This document shows, piece by piece, positions 27,238-37,344 of a stretch of 62,106 bases of DNA. Under the pieces are notes generated by a model, which saw nothing but the letters and a program-made list of their open reading frames with translations, searched no databases and had not been told where the DNA came from. Position 1 is the first letter of the stretch. The number at the start of each line of letters is the position of its first letter. This DNA is from a virus. Its lineage: Duplodnaviria; Caudoviricetes. The stretch lies in IMG/VR virus record IMGVR_UViG_3300026530_000001, positions 1-62,106 of that record. The stretch is one strand, 5' to 3'. A program made the translations under genes and the position numbers.

Positions 27238-28506
27238 ATGGCATTCACAGTTGCGAACGCCTCGATCGTAATGACCGAGAAGATCGAACCCGTACTGCGA
27301 AATGCGTTCTTGATTGGCACAGACCTTGAAGCCCCAACCTTCGATCTCTTTATGAAGGGCGAGAAGGAACGGACCAACGAACTCGGCCGGCGAGTTCCGA
27401 TCATGGTCGTGCCGAACGCGTCGTATGGTGCAATCACTGAAGGTGGTCAACTCCCGCTCGCGGGAACTCCGGCCATCGTCCAACTCAGAATCTACTACCT
27501 CAATCAGTTCATGATGGGGGAAATCAACCGCTCCGTTCTCGATCAGGAAACGGAAAGCGATCTGATCAAGTTTGCCCGCTTCCCGATGGAAGCCGATCAG
27601 AAGAAGTTCCGCCACTGGCAGAACCTCTGGATGCACGGCACTGGAAATGGCGCACTCGGAGTGGCCGGAACCGTCGTTACCGGCGCATCGGGCACCGTCA
27701 CCTTCGTAGGAGACTACGGCGCAGAGAATATCGACATCGGCGCGCGGCTGGTGTTCTATTCGTCCGCCGGCGTTGCTCATAACCAGTCAGGGGCCGTTAC
27801 CGTTTCGACGGTGACAGCGATTGCGGGTGATGTGGTTACGTTCGACACCGTTCCTACTGATGCTGTAGCCACGGACACTGCCCACCACTATGGCTCTTAC
27901 GGCTTGATGCCTCACGGCATTGCCTACCACGTCAGCGCGGTCTCTTCCACCTATCTTGGGGTCAACACTGCGACCTACGGCGGCATCAAGTCCACCACGA
28001 TTGACGCTGGAGCGGCCACGGGTACGGGCGGAACGGCATTGACACCAGGCATGTTGGATTTGATGGCGGCACGGCGCCGGAGAATGAGCGGTGCGAACGT
28101 AAGCAAGGAAGGCCGAACTTACATCTCTCACTCAACTCAGGAGTTCAATTACCGCCAGCTCGGCTACACCTCCACTTACGGCATCCAGCGGATCATCGGA
28201 ATGAACCAGGGCAAGTTCGACTTGGGCATTGGTGTTGCGTCGCACAATGGGCAGGCGTGGATCGTGGATAATCAGGCTCCGAAGTCTGTTATCTGGGATC
28301 TCTATCTGCCTGACTGGACCGTTGAGTATGTCAAGTTGCCGAGCTTCTACGACGACGGCAACGGCAACAAGATGTGGATGAAGAGCGGGTCCGGTGCTCC
28401 CTATGACGCACTTCAGTACGGCGTCTATGCGAGGTACGATTTGCTCTGCAAAAACAGATCGAATCAGTCGGCGATTCTTAACCTGCCGTATGTCAGCGGC
28501 TTCTAA
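27238..28506 (+). CDS. Major capsid protein
   Basis: 422 aa after the scaffold; EGGQLP..G and W.HGTG.G patterns; strong RBS. Confidence 0.75.
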   Translation: MAFTVANASIVMTEKIEPVLRNAFLIGTDLEAPTFDLFMKGEKERTNELGRRVPIMVVPNASYGAITEGGQLPLAGTPAIVQLRIYYLNQFMMGEINRSVLDQETESDLIKFARFPMEADQKKFRHWQNLWMHGTGNGALGVAGTVVTGASGTVTFVGDYGAENIDIGARLVFYSSAGVAHNQSGAVTVSTVTAIAGDVVTFDTVPTDAVATDTAHHYGSYGLMPHGIAYHVSAVSSTYLGVNTATYGGIKSTTIDAGAATGTGGTALTPGMLDLMAARRRRMSGANVSKEGRTYISHSTQEFNYRQLGYTSTYGIQRIIGMNQGKFDLGIGVASHNGQAWIVDNQAPKSVIWDLYLPDWTVEYVKLPSFYDDGNGNKMWMKSGSGAPYDALQYGVYARYDLLCKNRSNQSAILNLPYVSGF

Positions 28507-28526
28507 TCACCTGAAGGAGAGACAAA

Positions 28527-29060
28527 ATGCCAAGTCCGTTTAATGACACTACCGGCGCTCTCGCTACGGGTGCGCGAAACAAATCAGTTCAGGCGGCTTT
28601 TACTCGCCCGGCTGACACGACCGCTTATACAAGCGGTGATGCGGTCAACAACTCAACTACTGCGCCAGTCCCGCTGACCTTTTCAAGCGTTGTCGATAAG
28701 GTCGGCGGCACGGGAACGATCCGCGGAGCGCAGATACTGACAAACAACTTAACGGTCACTAACGGAGATTTTGAACTCATCATCTCCAAGCTGACCTATA
28801 CGCCTGCAAACGATAACGCGGTGGCAACCATTCTGACTTACGCTCGGGCCGCCAACATCGTTGCTCGTCTTACATTGCCAACTCTAACCGTTAACGCGGC
28901 GGGCGGCGACTCAGCTTATGCTCAAGTCGATTCCAAGGTGATTCCGTTCGTTGCGGCGGCGGGCGACACTGCCCTGTACGGGTTTCTTGTCGCTAAGGGC
29001 GCATACACTCCGGCGAGCGCGCAGACGTTTACCGTCACGTTGCTGGTGGAGCGTGACTAA
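28527..29060 (+). CDS. Putative capsid decoration protein
   Basis: TRPADTTAYT.GD...AYTPAS, beta-rich; AAGGAG RBS; follows the capsid gene. Confidence 0.55.
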   Translation: MPSPFNDTTGALATGARNKSVQAAFTRPADTTAYTSGDAVNNSTTAPVPLTFSSVVDKVGGTGTIRGAQILTNNLTVTNGDFELIISKLTYTPANDNAVATILTYARAANIVARLTLPTLTVNAAGGDSAYAQVDSKVIPFVAAAGDTALYGFLVAKGAYTPASAQTFTVTLLVERD

Positions 29061-29093
29061 CTTCACGTTGCTTTGAAACGTGGTCGTGGGATC

Positions 29094-29126
29094 GTGGCGA
29101 TTCATCGGGGATCGCCACTTCCCTTT
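29094..29126 (+). terminator. Terminator after the capsid genes
   Basis: GTGGCGATTC/GGATCGCCAC stem followed by a pyrimidine tract. Confidence 0.5.
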
Positions 29127-29131
29127 AACTC

Positions 29132-29416
29132 ATGCACAGCTTACAGAACGCACTCGTAGAGCAGTGGTGCAAGGTCACAGTGAATGACGCTGTAAAGCTC
29201 TTTCATAAGGCCAGAACTCATCCCGACAACGAAGCTGACTCTTTGGAACAGATTGCCATCCGCTGCGCCAACTCTGCCTTTGCTCACGTCTCAGCAACGA
29301 TTGTTGGGGACAAAGACGCGACAGCCAGGAGGTATGGCGAGCTTTGTTATGCAAGGTTCAGACGGGAGATTCAGAAGGTAATCACTGAACCGGAAGCTGA
29401 GGAATTGGTGTGCTAG
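29132..29416 (+). CDS. Hypothetical protein
   Basis: ORF within the virion operon. Confidence 0.5.
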   Translation: MHSLQNALVEQWCKVTVNDAVKLFHKARTHPDNEADSLEQIAIRCANSAFAHVSATIVGDKDATARRYGELCYARFRREIQKVITEPEAEELVC

Positions 29417-30156
29417 CGATCCCTGAGATACATCCCGACCTTCCAGAGACTCACATTGTTCTCACTGAGGATGACGTGATCAGCCAGACCGAAGCCGCAT
29501 GGTTTCGCAGGCAACTAAAGAGGATTGCGGGGAAGAACCGTTTTGGTAAATCAAATCTTCGCATGGTCTGGGGACCAACGCATGAAGACGAAATGGAGAT
29601 AGATCGTCCAATCAAGTACCAGGACTTCACCGATGGTCTTGGTCGGGTCTTCGGTGAGCGAAGATTCTTCATTGAGATATGGAGATCGCCTGAATTCCTC
29701 CGCAGAAGCAGCCGGTACAAGGTCATCAATGATCCCGACGTTGTAGTGGAGTTCTACTTCTGCAAAGCCTGTGACGCGCAGATTGAATGTGACAAGCAGG
29801 CTTTGGAAATGATGGGCAGCGTTCCCGCGTGCCCCAGATGTGGATCGACGCGCTCACGAACTGAACTAATCCGCGAGGCAGGGAAAGGCCAGTTCTTATG
29901 TGAGTTTCCAAACCAAGGCTGTTACGACTATTGGTTGCGACTTGAGCGGGCAGACTTAACCTATCATCCGCCGGATAACGAAATTCTTGAGATCGCCAAA
30001 GCTCTTTGGAAGTTTGAACAATTACCCCAGAACCAAAGAGACGCGCTTGAACAAGCTGACAGGGAGATTGAGCGCCGGATGATGATTGCGGCCCAGAGAC
30101 AAAACGGAACAATCTATACCGGGGCTGTCCATCCGCTAATGATTCCAACTCTTTAA
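29410..30156 (+). CDS. Hypothetical protein with a Zn ribbon
   Basis: CKAC...CPRC. Confidence 0.6.
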   Translation: MLAIPEIHPDLPETHIVLTEDDVISQTEAAWFRRQLKRIAGKNRFGKSNLRMVWGPTHEDEMEIDRPIKYQDFTDGLGRVFGERRFFIEIWRSPEFLRRSSRYKVINDPDVVVEFYFCKACDAQIECDKQALEMMGSVPACPRCGSTRSRTELIREAGKGQFLCEFPNQGCYDYWLRLERADLTYHPPDNEILEIAKALWKFEQLPQNQRDALEQADREIERRMMIAAQRQNGTIYTGAVHPLMIPTL

Positions 30157-30164
30157 GGAGATAT

Positions 30165-31079
30165 ATGCAAACACAGACCGCTATTCCAACTGAACTGCCA
30201 CCGATGGGAAGTTTGACCCCTCAACAGAGTGCCACCAAAAGCCAAACGCATTGGGTGTGGACGCCCTACAAAGACATCACCAATATGGGGCCGTTCGGCA
30301 TCAACTCTCAATTGGGGTACAGAGACCAGCGATGGGCTGAACTCAAGCGGTGTGTTCCTTACCCGTTGGGCAACTTGATTTCATACGAGACTGATCGTTC
30401 CATCGCGGCCGAACAATCTACATCGATGCTGCTCGACGCCGAGTCACTGCCGAAGATCGAATACGTCAAATATGCCCGCGATCAAGCCGTTGAATTGACG
30501 GACAACTACAAAGACGTGGGACTTCGGATTCTCATTCCGCTGATGGGCATGAACGATCCTGAATTAGTAAATCAGATCGTGCAGACCGTCCAGCCTTTTC
30601 AGTACCTAATTCACGAAATGGCTTATGAGTTCTCAGAAGGCGCTGAGAAGCGAATCCGTAAGAGTAATCTGTCGGATGAGGACAAAGATAAAGCCCGCGA
30701 GCTGGCGAAGATTATGCTTAACGGCTCGAGAGATGCCGAGACCAAGGGTCTGGCCGAGTATGAAGCCCTGATCTCTTCAATGAGCGACAAGATGGCCGGT
30801 CAGCCGGGTATTGCCAATCCCACAAAGTTCCACGAGTGGATTTGTCGGCAATTAGACAAACCCGTTCCCGCGCGAATTGATCGGACTGGCGGACAGACTA
30901 ACCAAAGCACCGCAATTGACATTCTGGCAAAACGAGCATTGCAGGAAGAGTCTGCAGCCGAGTCAATGGCGGCACAGCTCGCCGAGGAGCGCGCCGCGAG
31001 ATTACGCCTTGAGAAGCAAGTAGCTGAATTGGCCGCGCAGCAGGAAACGTCGAAGTCCGGCAAGCAAGCAAGAGTATGA
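30165..31079 (+). CDS. Hypothetical virion-operon protein
   Basis: AAGGAG RBS; C-terminal coiled coil. Confidence 0.6.
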   Translation: MQTQTAIPTELPPMGSLTPQQSATKSQTHWVWTPYKDITNMGPFGINSQLGYRDQRWAELKRCVPYPLGNLISYETDRSIAAEQSTSMLLDAESLPKIEYVKYARDQAVELTDNYKDVGLRILIPLMGMNDPELVNQIVQTVQPFQYLIHEMAYEFSEGAEKRIRKSNLSDEDKDKARELAKIMLNGSRDAETKGLAEYEALISSMSDKMAGQPGIANPTKFHEWICRQLDKPVPARIDRTGGQTNQSTAIDILAKRALQEESAAESMAAQLAEERAARLRLEKQVAELAAQQETSKSGKQARV

Positions 31080-31774
31080 GCGTTTTACGATCTCAATTAG
31101 TTGGAGAGGTCTATGAATATTGCGGCAATCCTGATGATTGTCCGCTGAAGGATAAGGGTCTTCCTCAGCAATTTGTCTTTCAAGTTCTAACGGAAAATGA
31201 AGACGAGCTATTGAGAGACCTGGAACTCTCCAATCAAGGGAGAAGGATCGCAAAGCAGGAAGTCGAACTCTCGGAAAACAACTTTGAGTTTACGCTTAAT
31301 GCCGATGCGGTCGCCCCTGCTTATGCCTTATTGCAAACCGACCCCTCATCGAACATTTGGTATCCAGTGGAGATTGTTACGCCTGACGCTCTGGCGCAAG
31401 CAAGCGCGAACGGGGTCATGGCGGTGACATTTCGAGGTAATCAAGCTGAAGTGTCGTGGCAACCAGATTCCAATCACAATCTGGTTGTTTGGTACGAGCG
31501 ATCAAGAGACGACAATCCGCAGTTAGCAGCCTCGACTGAATTGGGCAATCTCTACGATTCCTATTTGAAACTGAGGACGGCTGCTCAATGCCGAGAGATG
31601 ATGGGGTTGCCCGTGGGAACAATTCTCAGTTCTCGGATCGAACAAAGTGAGAGTCAATGGCAACGATATTCCCGCCGAGGTAATCAACGAGGATTGGCAA
31701 CCAAGACTCCGGTATTCAGGACGCGAGCTTGGCGATATCCATTTGTTGATCGGACTAGATTCTTCATTCCGTAG
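31076..31774 (+). CDS. Putative head-tail adaptor
   Basis: Size and position; helical N-terminus with beta-rich core. Confidence 0.45.
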   Translation: MSVLRSQLVGEVYEYCGNPDDCPLKDKGLPQQFVFQVLTENEDELLRDLELSNQGRRIAKQEVELSENNFEFTLNADAVAPAYALLQTDPSSNIWYPVEIVTPDALAQASANGVMAVTFRGNQAEVSWQPDSNHNLVVWYERSRDDNPQLAASTELGNLYDSYLKLRTAAQCREMMGLPVGTILSSRIEQSESQWQRYSRRGNQRGLATKTPVFRTRAWRYPFVDRTRFFIP

Positions 31775-31780
31775 GAGGCC

Positions 31781-32086
31781 ATGATGCCGCGAGTCAGCGT
31801 ACCAGCCGACGCCACTAATAAGAACGTCCAGACACTGCTCGGGGCTAGTGCTCCGATCACCGGATGGGTGACAGGCCAGATACTTTCCGATCCAGACAAC
31901 ACAGAGCCTGTGACATTGAAGATCGGGAGTTCAACGATGACTGCGACTAACTACGACAACGAGCTAGCCCCAGGAGAAAGTGCGCCGTTAAGCCAAAACG
32001 GGCTGCCGATGTTTTTGCCGTCGCTCTACGTTCGGAACGATGGTGCTGCGGCGGTCGATGTCGTTTTCAACATTAAAAACACCTGA
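31781..32086 (+). CDS. Small beta-rich virion protein
   Basis: AGGAGG RBS. Confidence 0.5.
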   Translation: MMPRVSVPADATNKNVQTLLGASAPITGWVTGQILSDPDNTEPVTLKIGSSTMTATNYDNELAPGESAPLSQNGLPMFLPSLYVRNDGAAAVDVVFNIKNT

Positions 32087-32095
32087 AGGTGATCT

Positions 32096-32788
32096 GTGGC
32101 GATTACGAGATGTGACCTAATAAAGGTTCACGGCCGCTTGATCGCTGCCGTCAATGCTGCGCCGGCGGCGACGTGGGCAACGACCATTTCGTCAGCAAAC
32201 GATGGGCGCAGAAATGACACTGAACTCGACAACATCATCCTTGCTGCTGATGCACGTATTTGCGCCGCCAGAGCGTCTAAAGTTGGAGATGGCTATCGCT
32301 CGCTCTTCCTCGGCCTTTCGGACAGTATAGCCCATGCAGGGATGATTCCTGACCATCTGGGGCCAATCGAACAAGTCACCATCAAAGCCGCAACTATTGA
32401 CCCTACATATCGCGCGGGGAAGTTCGATGCTTCTTTGTCTCTCGCTGACATTGAGCGATGGCGGGCCAATCTTGGCAATCGGTACACGATCGATCATGGG
32501 ATTACTAATTCGCCGCTTGCGGGCTATTACCTCCGCCGTGGAAACCAGCTTTTCTATACAGGCGCCGACGCTAAATGCCTGATAGCGACGTTTACACGCT
32601 CTGGGGCTTGTCAGGCGCCCGAGACGGATGAAGACATGCTCTTAGGTCTGTCTCTCGGTGACGCCTTAAAGGAGGGCGATACGGGGCCATTTATCGCAAC
32701 GATAGTGGCGGACGCTCGGGCGGAGTACGCAATGCTTCTCAAGCAGGACGAACCAGCGCCAAGCGAAACATTGGTCTTAGCAGCTTAA
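32096..32788 (+). CDS. Putative adaptor/tail protein
   Basis: Position in the tail module. Confidence 0.45.
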   Translation: MAITRCDLIKVHGRLIAAVNAAPAATWATTISSANDGRRNDTELDNIILAADARICAARASKVGDGYRSLFLGLSDSIAHAGMIPDHLGPIEQVTIKAATIDPTYRAGKFDASLSLADIERWRANLGNRYTIDHGITNSPLAGYYLRRGNQLFYTGADAKCLIATFTRSGACQAPETDEDMLLGLSLGDALKEGDTGPFIATIVADARAEYAMLLKQDEPAPSETLVLAA

Positions 32789-33349
32789 ATGAGCTACACG
32801 GAAACGACATTAGTGAACGATGTTTATGAGCGTCTGCGCTCATCGGGCGCGAATGTTCCCGTGTCGATCATCCCGCGTCTCATTACCCTCATTCCCTCCG
32901 CGCTTCGGATGCTTCCGATAAGAGTGAGAGAGCGATTTGGTGAAGCGGAAGCAGAACTTTATCGGAAAGATTACGCCGTTGCTTTAACGAGCGGGGCGGG
33001 TACTCTTTCACCCCATACAGACTTAACAAGCGAACCAATGATCCCTTCAGAGATCGTAAAGGTCACTCATCCTGATGTTGTTTCCGGCACGAACACTGAA
33101 GGAAAATTGAGACGACTGGGAAGTTCGAGTGCGCTGGATCTGTCGCGTTCAACTGAATACTCGTATTTCGCGATTGAAAACAACACCCTATTCACGATGA
33201 GCAATAATGATCGATCTATGTTGTCAGGAGATGCGACGGCGCGAGCTGCTTTCCCTCCGCTAATTGCAAATGTGAAATTTTCGCATGAACCCATGTTGCT
33301 GGAATTGATGGTCGAACTCTCGCAAGGACTGCTCGCCAAGGCTGCGTGA
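32789..33349 (+). CDS. Putative adaptor/tail protein
   Basis: Position; abuts the previous gene. Confidence 0.45.
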   Translation: MSYTETTLVNDVYERLRSSGANVPVSIIPRLITLIPSALRMLPIRVRERFGEAEAELYRKDYAVALTSGAGTLSPHTDLTSEPMIPSEIVKVTHPDVVSGTNTEGKLRRLGSSSALDLSRSTEYSYFAIENNTLFTMSNNDRSMLSGDATARAAFPPLIANVKFSHEPMLLELMVELSQGLLAKAA

Positions 33350-33951
33350 TGGCAAAGACGTTTAATCATCCGATCTGGCTTACCGGCACTCCCGAAGAAC
33401 AAGCCGCCGAAGAGAAAAAACAGGCGCTACTTAGGGCGTCGTTCACTCGCGCCAGGATGACCGACGAAGAAAGACTGGTCGGGCGCGGGGCATTGTTAGA
33501 AGCCACGGCCAGGGGCAATCTCGATCAGTCAAAAGGCAAGAACAAAGAGGCGCGAATACTCGCCGAGAATCAGTTGGCTGATGCGATGGCCGACCAGGGA
33601 AAGTTTGCTGAAGCTGCCAAGACTCACCACGACAAACACAAACGAAAGTATTTCCGCGACGTTATCAAGGCGATAGAGAAATCAGATGACGAGAAATGTT
33701 CCTGCAAGGACAGCAAAGCAAAGATTGGCGATACAGAGATCGCGGTCACGCCTCGTTTTGAGCGAGCAAGAATCTTTTCGCCCTTACACGGCGAACTCGT
33801 AAGCCTGATTGAGTGCCACAAGTGCGGACATTTGAATGCTCGATTACCGCGATCCAGATTGTTACCAATGCAAGCCGCGTTGAGTCAGAGCGAGGCTCTG
33901 AAACGGCCAGTGCTCAACGATGTTCAGGTGCTAAGTGCAACCGCTAAGTGA
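33346..33951 (+). CDS. Hypothetical protein with a Zn-binding motif
   Basis: CSC...CHKCGH. Confidence 0.55.
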   Translation: MMAKTFNHPIWLTGTPEEQAAEEKKQALLRASFTRARMTDEERLVGRGALLEATARGNLDQSKGKNKEARILAENQLADAMADQGKFAEAAKTHHDKHKRKYFRDVIKAIEKSDDEKCSCKDSKAKIGDTEIAVTPRFERARIFSPLHGELVSLIECHKCGHLNARLPRSRLLPMQAALSQSEALKRPVLNDVQVLSATAK

Positions 33952-35719
33952 AACCGTATTTAATCATTACCTCAGTAACGCCAGCCTGATCGGTGGCGAG
34001 CGCGGGGCGTGTAGTCCGGGCTCAAAGAACCTCATCTTCTTAGGCGGAGGCCGATCGCAAGCATTCAAGGGTCCCGCAATCATAAATTCAGTCAGCGGAT
34101 CACGCCTCATGTTCAATGTCATCGACGGCGGCTATGCGGGTTTGGGAAATCCAACGACCGCAGGCATCGGAAATATCATCGGCCTCATTGCTCGCGCTCT
34201 CGGAATCATCGGAAGCGGACAGGTTTTTATCAACGGCGTCGATCGATCCATCTCCGCATCTACCGCCTTACAACTTCTTCTTTATGTGTCAGGCTCATAT
34301 TCTGGCGCTGGCACTGGCCCATTTACTGCTGGTCTATCTCAATCTACAGCACCAACACTGGCGGTCACGCCCACCGCATCAACGATCATGGCCGGCACTT
34401 ACTCTGCTGTGATCTGGTTTGTTCGTGGAGCGACGGGAGGTCGAGGCCGTCGCAGTCTACCTTCAGCGGTCATCGTCAATTCAGGTTTTAAGATGCGACT
34501 AACGGTCGCGGGCGCAGACTTAACCACCGCCTCAACAAATGGCTATGATCGGATCGGGATTGGGGTTACTGCTGCCGGGTTCGGCGCTACGGGTCCGCAC
34601 TACGAAGAAACAGAGATTGCTATCTCGTCTTTAACAACCGTTGACACAGTTGCAAATTCGGTTGAATTGGAATGGTCTGATGGGTCTTTAGTCGGCAAAG
34701 ACCTTGCCCCTATTCTTGACTATCCTCCTCCTGCCGCTCCGTTTGCTGCTGCACTTGAAGATGTTGTCGCGGTGATTGGTTGTTATGGCGATATTGGAAC
34801 TCCAGTAACTTCGACAACCCCAGGTACGGCAATATCGGTCAGCCTGCCGGTATTCATTGAATCCTTTCCGCCTGACTCCCTTCTCTTTTTACCAGCACCA
34901 CCAAAGGGTGTTTTGTCCCGCGCTGCTGATGGTTATGTGTTCATCGGAGGCGAAGGGTATGTAGCGGCACTCTTGTACACGGGCGGGAAGAATCCGTTGT
35001 CATTGAGAGTCATCTGGCCGACTACTGGAATTCAAAACGCTAACAATTGGTTTCTTGGGGAAGGCGGGAGATTGTATGCAGCCACGGCTAAACGTGGACT
35101 CGTAAGGATCGACGCTTCGGGCGAGCCAGATACAAGCTTTGCAGAGGATGTTGTAGACGATACCGCATCGTGGACAATGGCTAATGTTATCGGCGGCTTC
35201 GATGCAGATCATAATCGAGACGTTTTCGGACATGCTCAAACTCTGTTTTGCTTCAATCCGCAAAGGGAAAAGTGGGACACGCCGATCGACCTGAGTTCAA
35301 AGATAACTGGAAACCTTTGCGCCTGCGTCCCTGTTTCTGGTGGACTGCTGTTAGCCGCGAACGATGGCGCAACCATCCGTCTCTACACATTCAATTCAAG
35401 CACTGGCATGACATACACAGCGATAGGTGAGGTTCATCTGTCTCAAGCCGAAGCGGATCAACTATTGAGGGTCGAAATCGGGGTGCGCTCCGATACTACA
35501 AATGCAATCACGGTCAAGATTTTCACTAACGGTGATCTGACTACCGCGAAAGATACGCGGACGATTACGCCTACGGCGACACGTCAACATCTGCCAACTC
35601 AGCGTCCTAATGTCCGCTCTGCAAAGTCACATCAAATATCAATTTCCCAAGCTTGTGGAACCGGCGATGCGGGCGTTGATTTCGTAAGGGTAAAAGGCGT
35701 TAGTTCCAATGTGGTTTAG
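33935..35719 (+). CDS. Tail nozzle/stabilisation-type protein
   Basis: 594 aa, beta-propeller-like; precedes the GNAT and pilot genes as in short-tailed phages. Confidence 0.55.
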   Translation: MQPLSETVFNHYLSNASLIGGERGACSPGSKNLIFLGGGRSQAFKGPAIINSVSGSRLMFNVIDGGYAGLGNPTTAGIGNIIGLIARALGIIGSGQVFINGVDRSISASTALQLLLYVSGSYSGAGTGPFTAGLSQSTAPTLAVTPTASTIMAGTYSAVIWFVRGATGGRGRRSLPSAVIVNSGFKMRLTVAGADLTTASTNGYDRIGIGVTAAGFGATGPHYEETEIAISSLTTVDTVANSVELEWSDGSLVGKDLAPILDYPPPAAPFAAALEDVVAVIGCYGDIGTPVTSTTPGTAISVSLPVFIESFPPDSLLFLPAPPKGVLSRAADGYVFIGGEGYVAALLYTGGKNPLSLRVIWPTTGIQNANNWFLGEGGRLYAATAKRGLVRIDASGEPDTSFAEDVVDDTASWTMANVIGGFDADHNRDVFGHAQTLFCFNPQREKWDTPIDLSSKITGNLCACVPVSGGLLLAANDGATIRLYTFNSSTGMTYTAIGEVHLSQAEADQLLRVEIGVRSDTTNAITVKIFTNGDLTTAKDTRTITPTATRQHLPTQRPNVRSAKSHQISISQACGTGDAGVDFVRVKGVSSNVV

Positions 35720-35721
35720 CC

Positions 35722-36339
35722 ATGCAATCAGGATACGAAGCTCCAGACATTGATACGACCATAGCTCAGCGAATCGCCGGAGCTAACGAGGATGCGGTTG
35801 CGAACTTTGTTGCGCCGCGCTCTGTCGTTTCAGGGACGGGAGTGTTGAGCACTGGCAATCGCGCCTCAAAACCATCGGGCGCCGCACTCAACGATCTCTA
35901 CTTTGAAACTGACACCCTGACTTTGTATTACTGGGCCGGAACTGCGTGGAAATATCTCGCCGGGGTGAATAGCGGAACTGATGCGGCACGAGCGGCCATA
36001 ACCGTGACGGCAAATGATAATGGCGCCTGGTTCTTCACTAACGATCAAAACAAACTCTGGAGAGTAGAAGGTGGCGCTTGGGTTGATAAGTTCACCACTC
36101 TGGACTTAGCGACATCTTTGAAAATTGCCGGGACGAAGGTTATCGGTGCTCGTGAGACTGGCTGGACAGCAGGAACGGGAACGGCCAACAAGGGGGCGTA
36201 TGCCACCTATGCAGGCCAAGCAGTATCCGCTGCTTATGTACAGGCGGAAGCGCAACAGACCGATGACGCGACCAAGGCCAATTCTCAGCGAATCAAAGCC
36301 CTTGAGGACGCGGTGAGAACACACGGGTTAATAAATTGA
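35722..36339 (+). CDS. Tail needle/fibre-like protein
   Basis: LYFETDTL.LYYW and KVIGARETGWTA.TGT...ALEDAVRTHGLI fibre-type motifs. Confidence 0.6.
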   Translation: MQSGYEAPDIDTTIAQRIAGANEDAVANFVAPRSVVSGTGVLSTGNRASKPSGAALNDLYFETDTLTLYYWAGTAWKYLAGVNSGTDAARAAITVTANDNGAWFFTNDQNKLWRVEGGAWVDKFTTLDLATSLKIAGTKVIGARETGWTAGTGTANKGAYATYAGQAVSAAYVQAEAQQTDDATKANSQRIKALEDAVRTHGLIN

Positions 36340-36698
36340 AGATTGAACTTCTACCAGTTGAGCGTTGGCCGGAACTCCGGCGTGCGTTTACTGAGTGCCG
36401 ATCTGAAGATCCGCTGCCGCTACCTAAACCTGAGCATTCGATTATTCTTGGAGCGTTTGAAGGTGATCGGATTATAGGAGTTGCCGGAGCTGAGAGAACT
36501 TGGCAAGTATCGCCATTCTGGATTGACAAAGAGCATCGCGGGAATGGCCTTGCCGTACATCTCGCAACTGAGATCGAAAAGCAGAACGTAGAAGGTTTTG
36601 ACGAGTTGCTGGTGACGACGAATCCGCATATTGAATCGCTCGTCTACCGTATGGGCTTTCTCCCCGTGCCGGGAGTGATTTGGAGACGTAGTAAATGA
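36336..36698 (+). CDS. GNAT-family acetyltransferase
   Basis: WIDKEHRGNGLA motif A; YRMGF. Confidence 0.75.
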   Translation: MKIELLPVERWPELRRAFTECRSEDPLPLPKPEHSIILGAFEGDRIIGVAGAERTWQVSPFWIDKEHRGNGLAVHLATEIEKQNVEGFDELLVTTNPHIESLVYRMGFLPVPGVIWRRSK

Positions 36699-37309
36699 AG
36701 AATCGCACAGACACGAAAAAACTCGCATTACTTGAACAGCAGCAGGCTGAAGATCGCGCTCGCGCTGTCGCCGCTCAAACCGCTGCTGCCGCACCTAAAC
36801 CTCTGGAAACCGCGCTCGACACTCAATCTCAGGACTGGCTGAACGCCACATCAGGAAAGAATGGGCCGTTAGACATCACAACGCTCTCGGCGATGAAGCC
36901 GAATCTATCCTTGTACGACAACGCCGTAAACAGACAGCAAGGCGAGCGAATGGGCATAGGGGCTCTTGCTCTCGGCGCGCAGAATACCAATCCAGGCTTG
37001 GGCCAACTACTTCGCCAACAGTCTGAGGACCAAAGACAGCAGGCAGCAGCAGGCCAGTTGGAAAACGCTTATCGAACTACGGATGCGCAAATGCGCGGCA
37101 GCATTCTTCCGCTTCTCGGTTTACAGCAGAATCGCACTATGGGACTTGCTGGTTTGGCGTCAAACGCCTCGCAGAACGCAACAAATCAATATGCCAACTT
37201 CCGGCCAGCCCCCTCGTTTTGGAGCCAACTCCTCCTAAGTGGGATCGGCGGCGCTGCTCAGATCGGTCAGGGAATGGCAACCGGCGGCACAGGATTGTTC
37301 AGACCGTAA
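36695..37309 (+). CDS. DNA pilot/ejection protein
   Basis: Gln/Ala/Gly-rich with a Gly-rich hydrophobic C-terminus; follows the GNAT gene. Confidence 0.55.
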   Translation: MKNRTDTKKLALLEQQQAEDRARAVAAQTAAAAPKPLETALDTQSQDWLNATSGKNGPLDITTLSAMKPNLSLYDNAVNRQQGERMGIGALALGAQNTNPGLGQLLRQQSEDQRQQAAAGQLENAYRTTDAQMRGSILPLLGLQQNRTMGLAGLASNASQNATNQYANFRPAPSFWSQLLLSGIGGAAQIGQGMATGGTGLFRP

Positions 37310-37337
37310 AACGTAAATCCTCCGTTTGAATTAGGCT
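37310..37337 (+). promoter_or_regulatory. Putative late promoter for the fibre genes
   Basis: AACGTAAA-14 nt-TAGGCT, 7 nt before GTG 37345. Confidence 0.6.
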
Positions 37338-37344
37338 GTGAGCC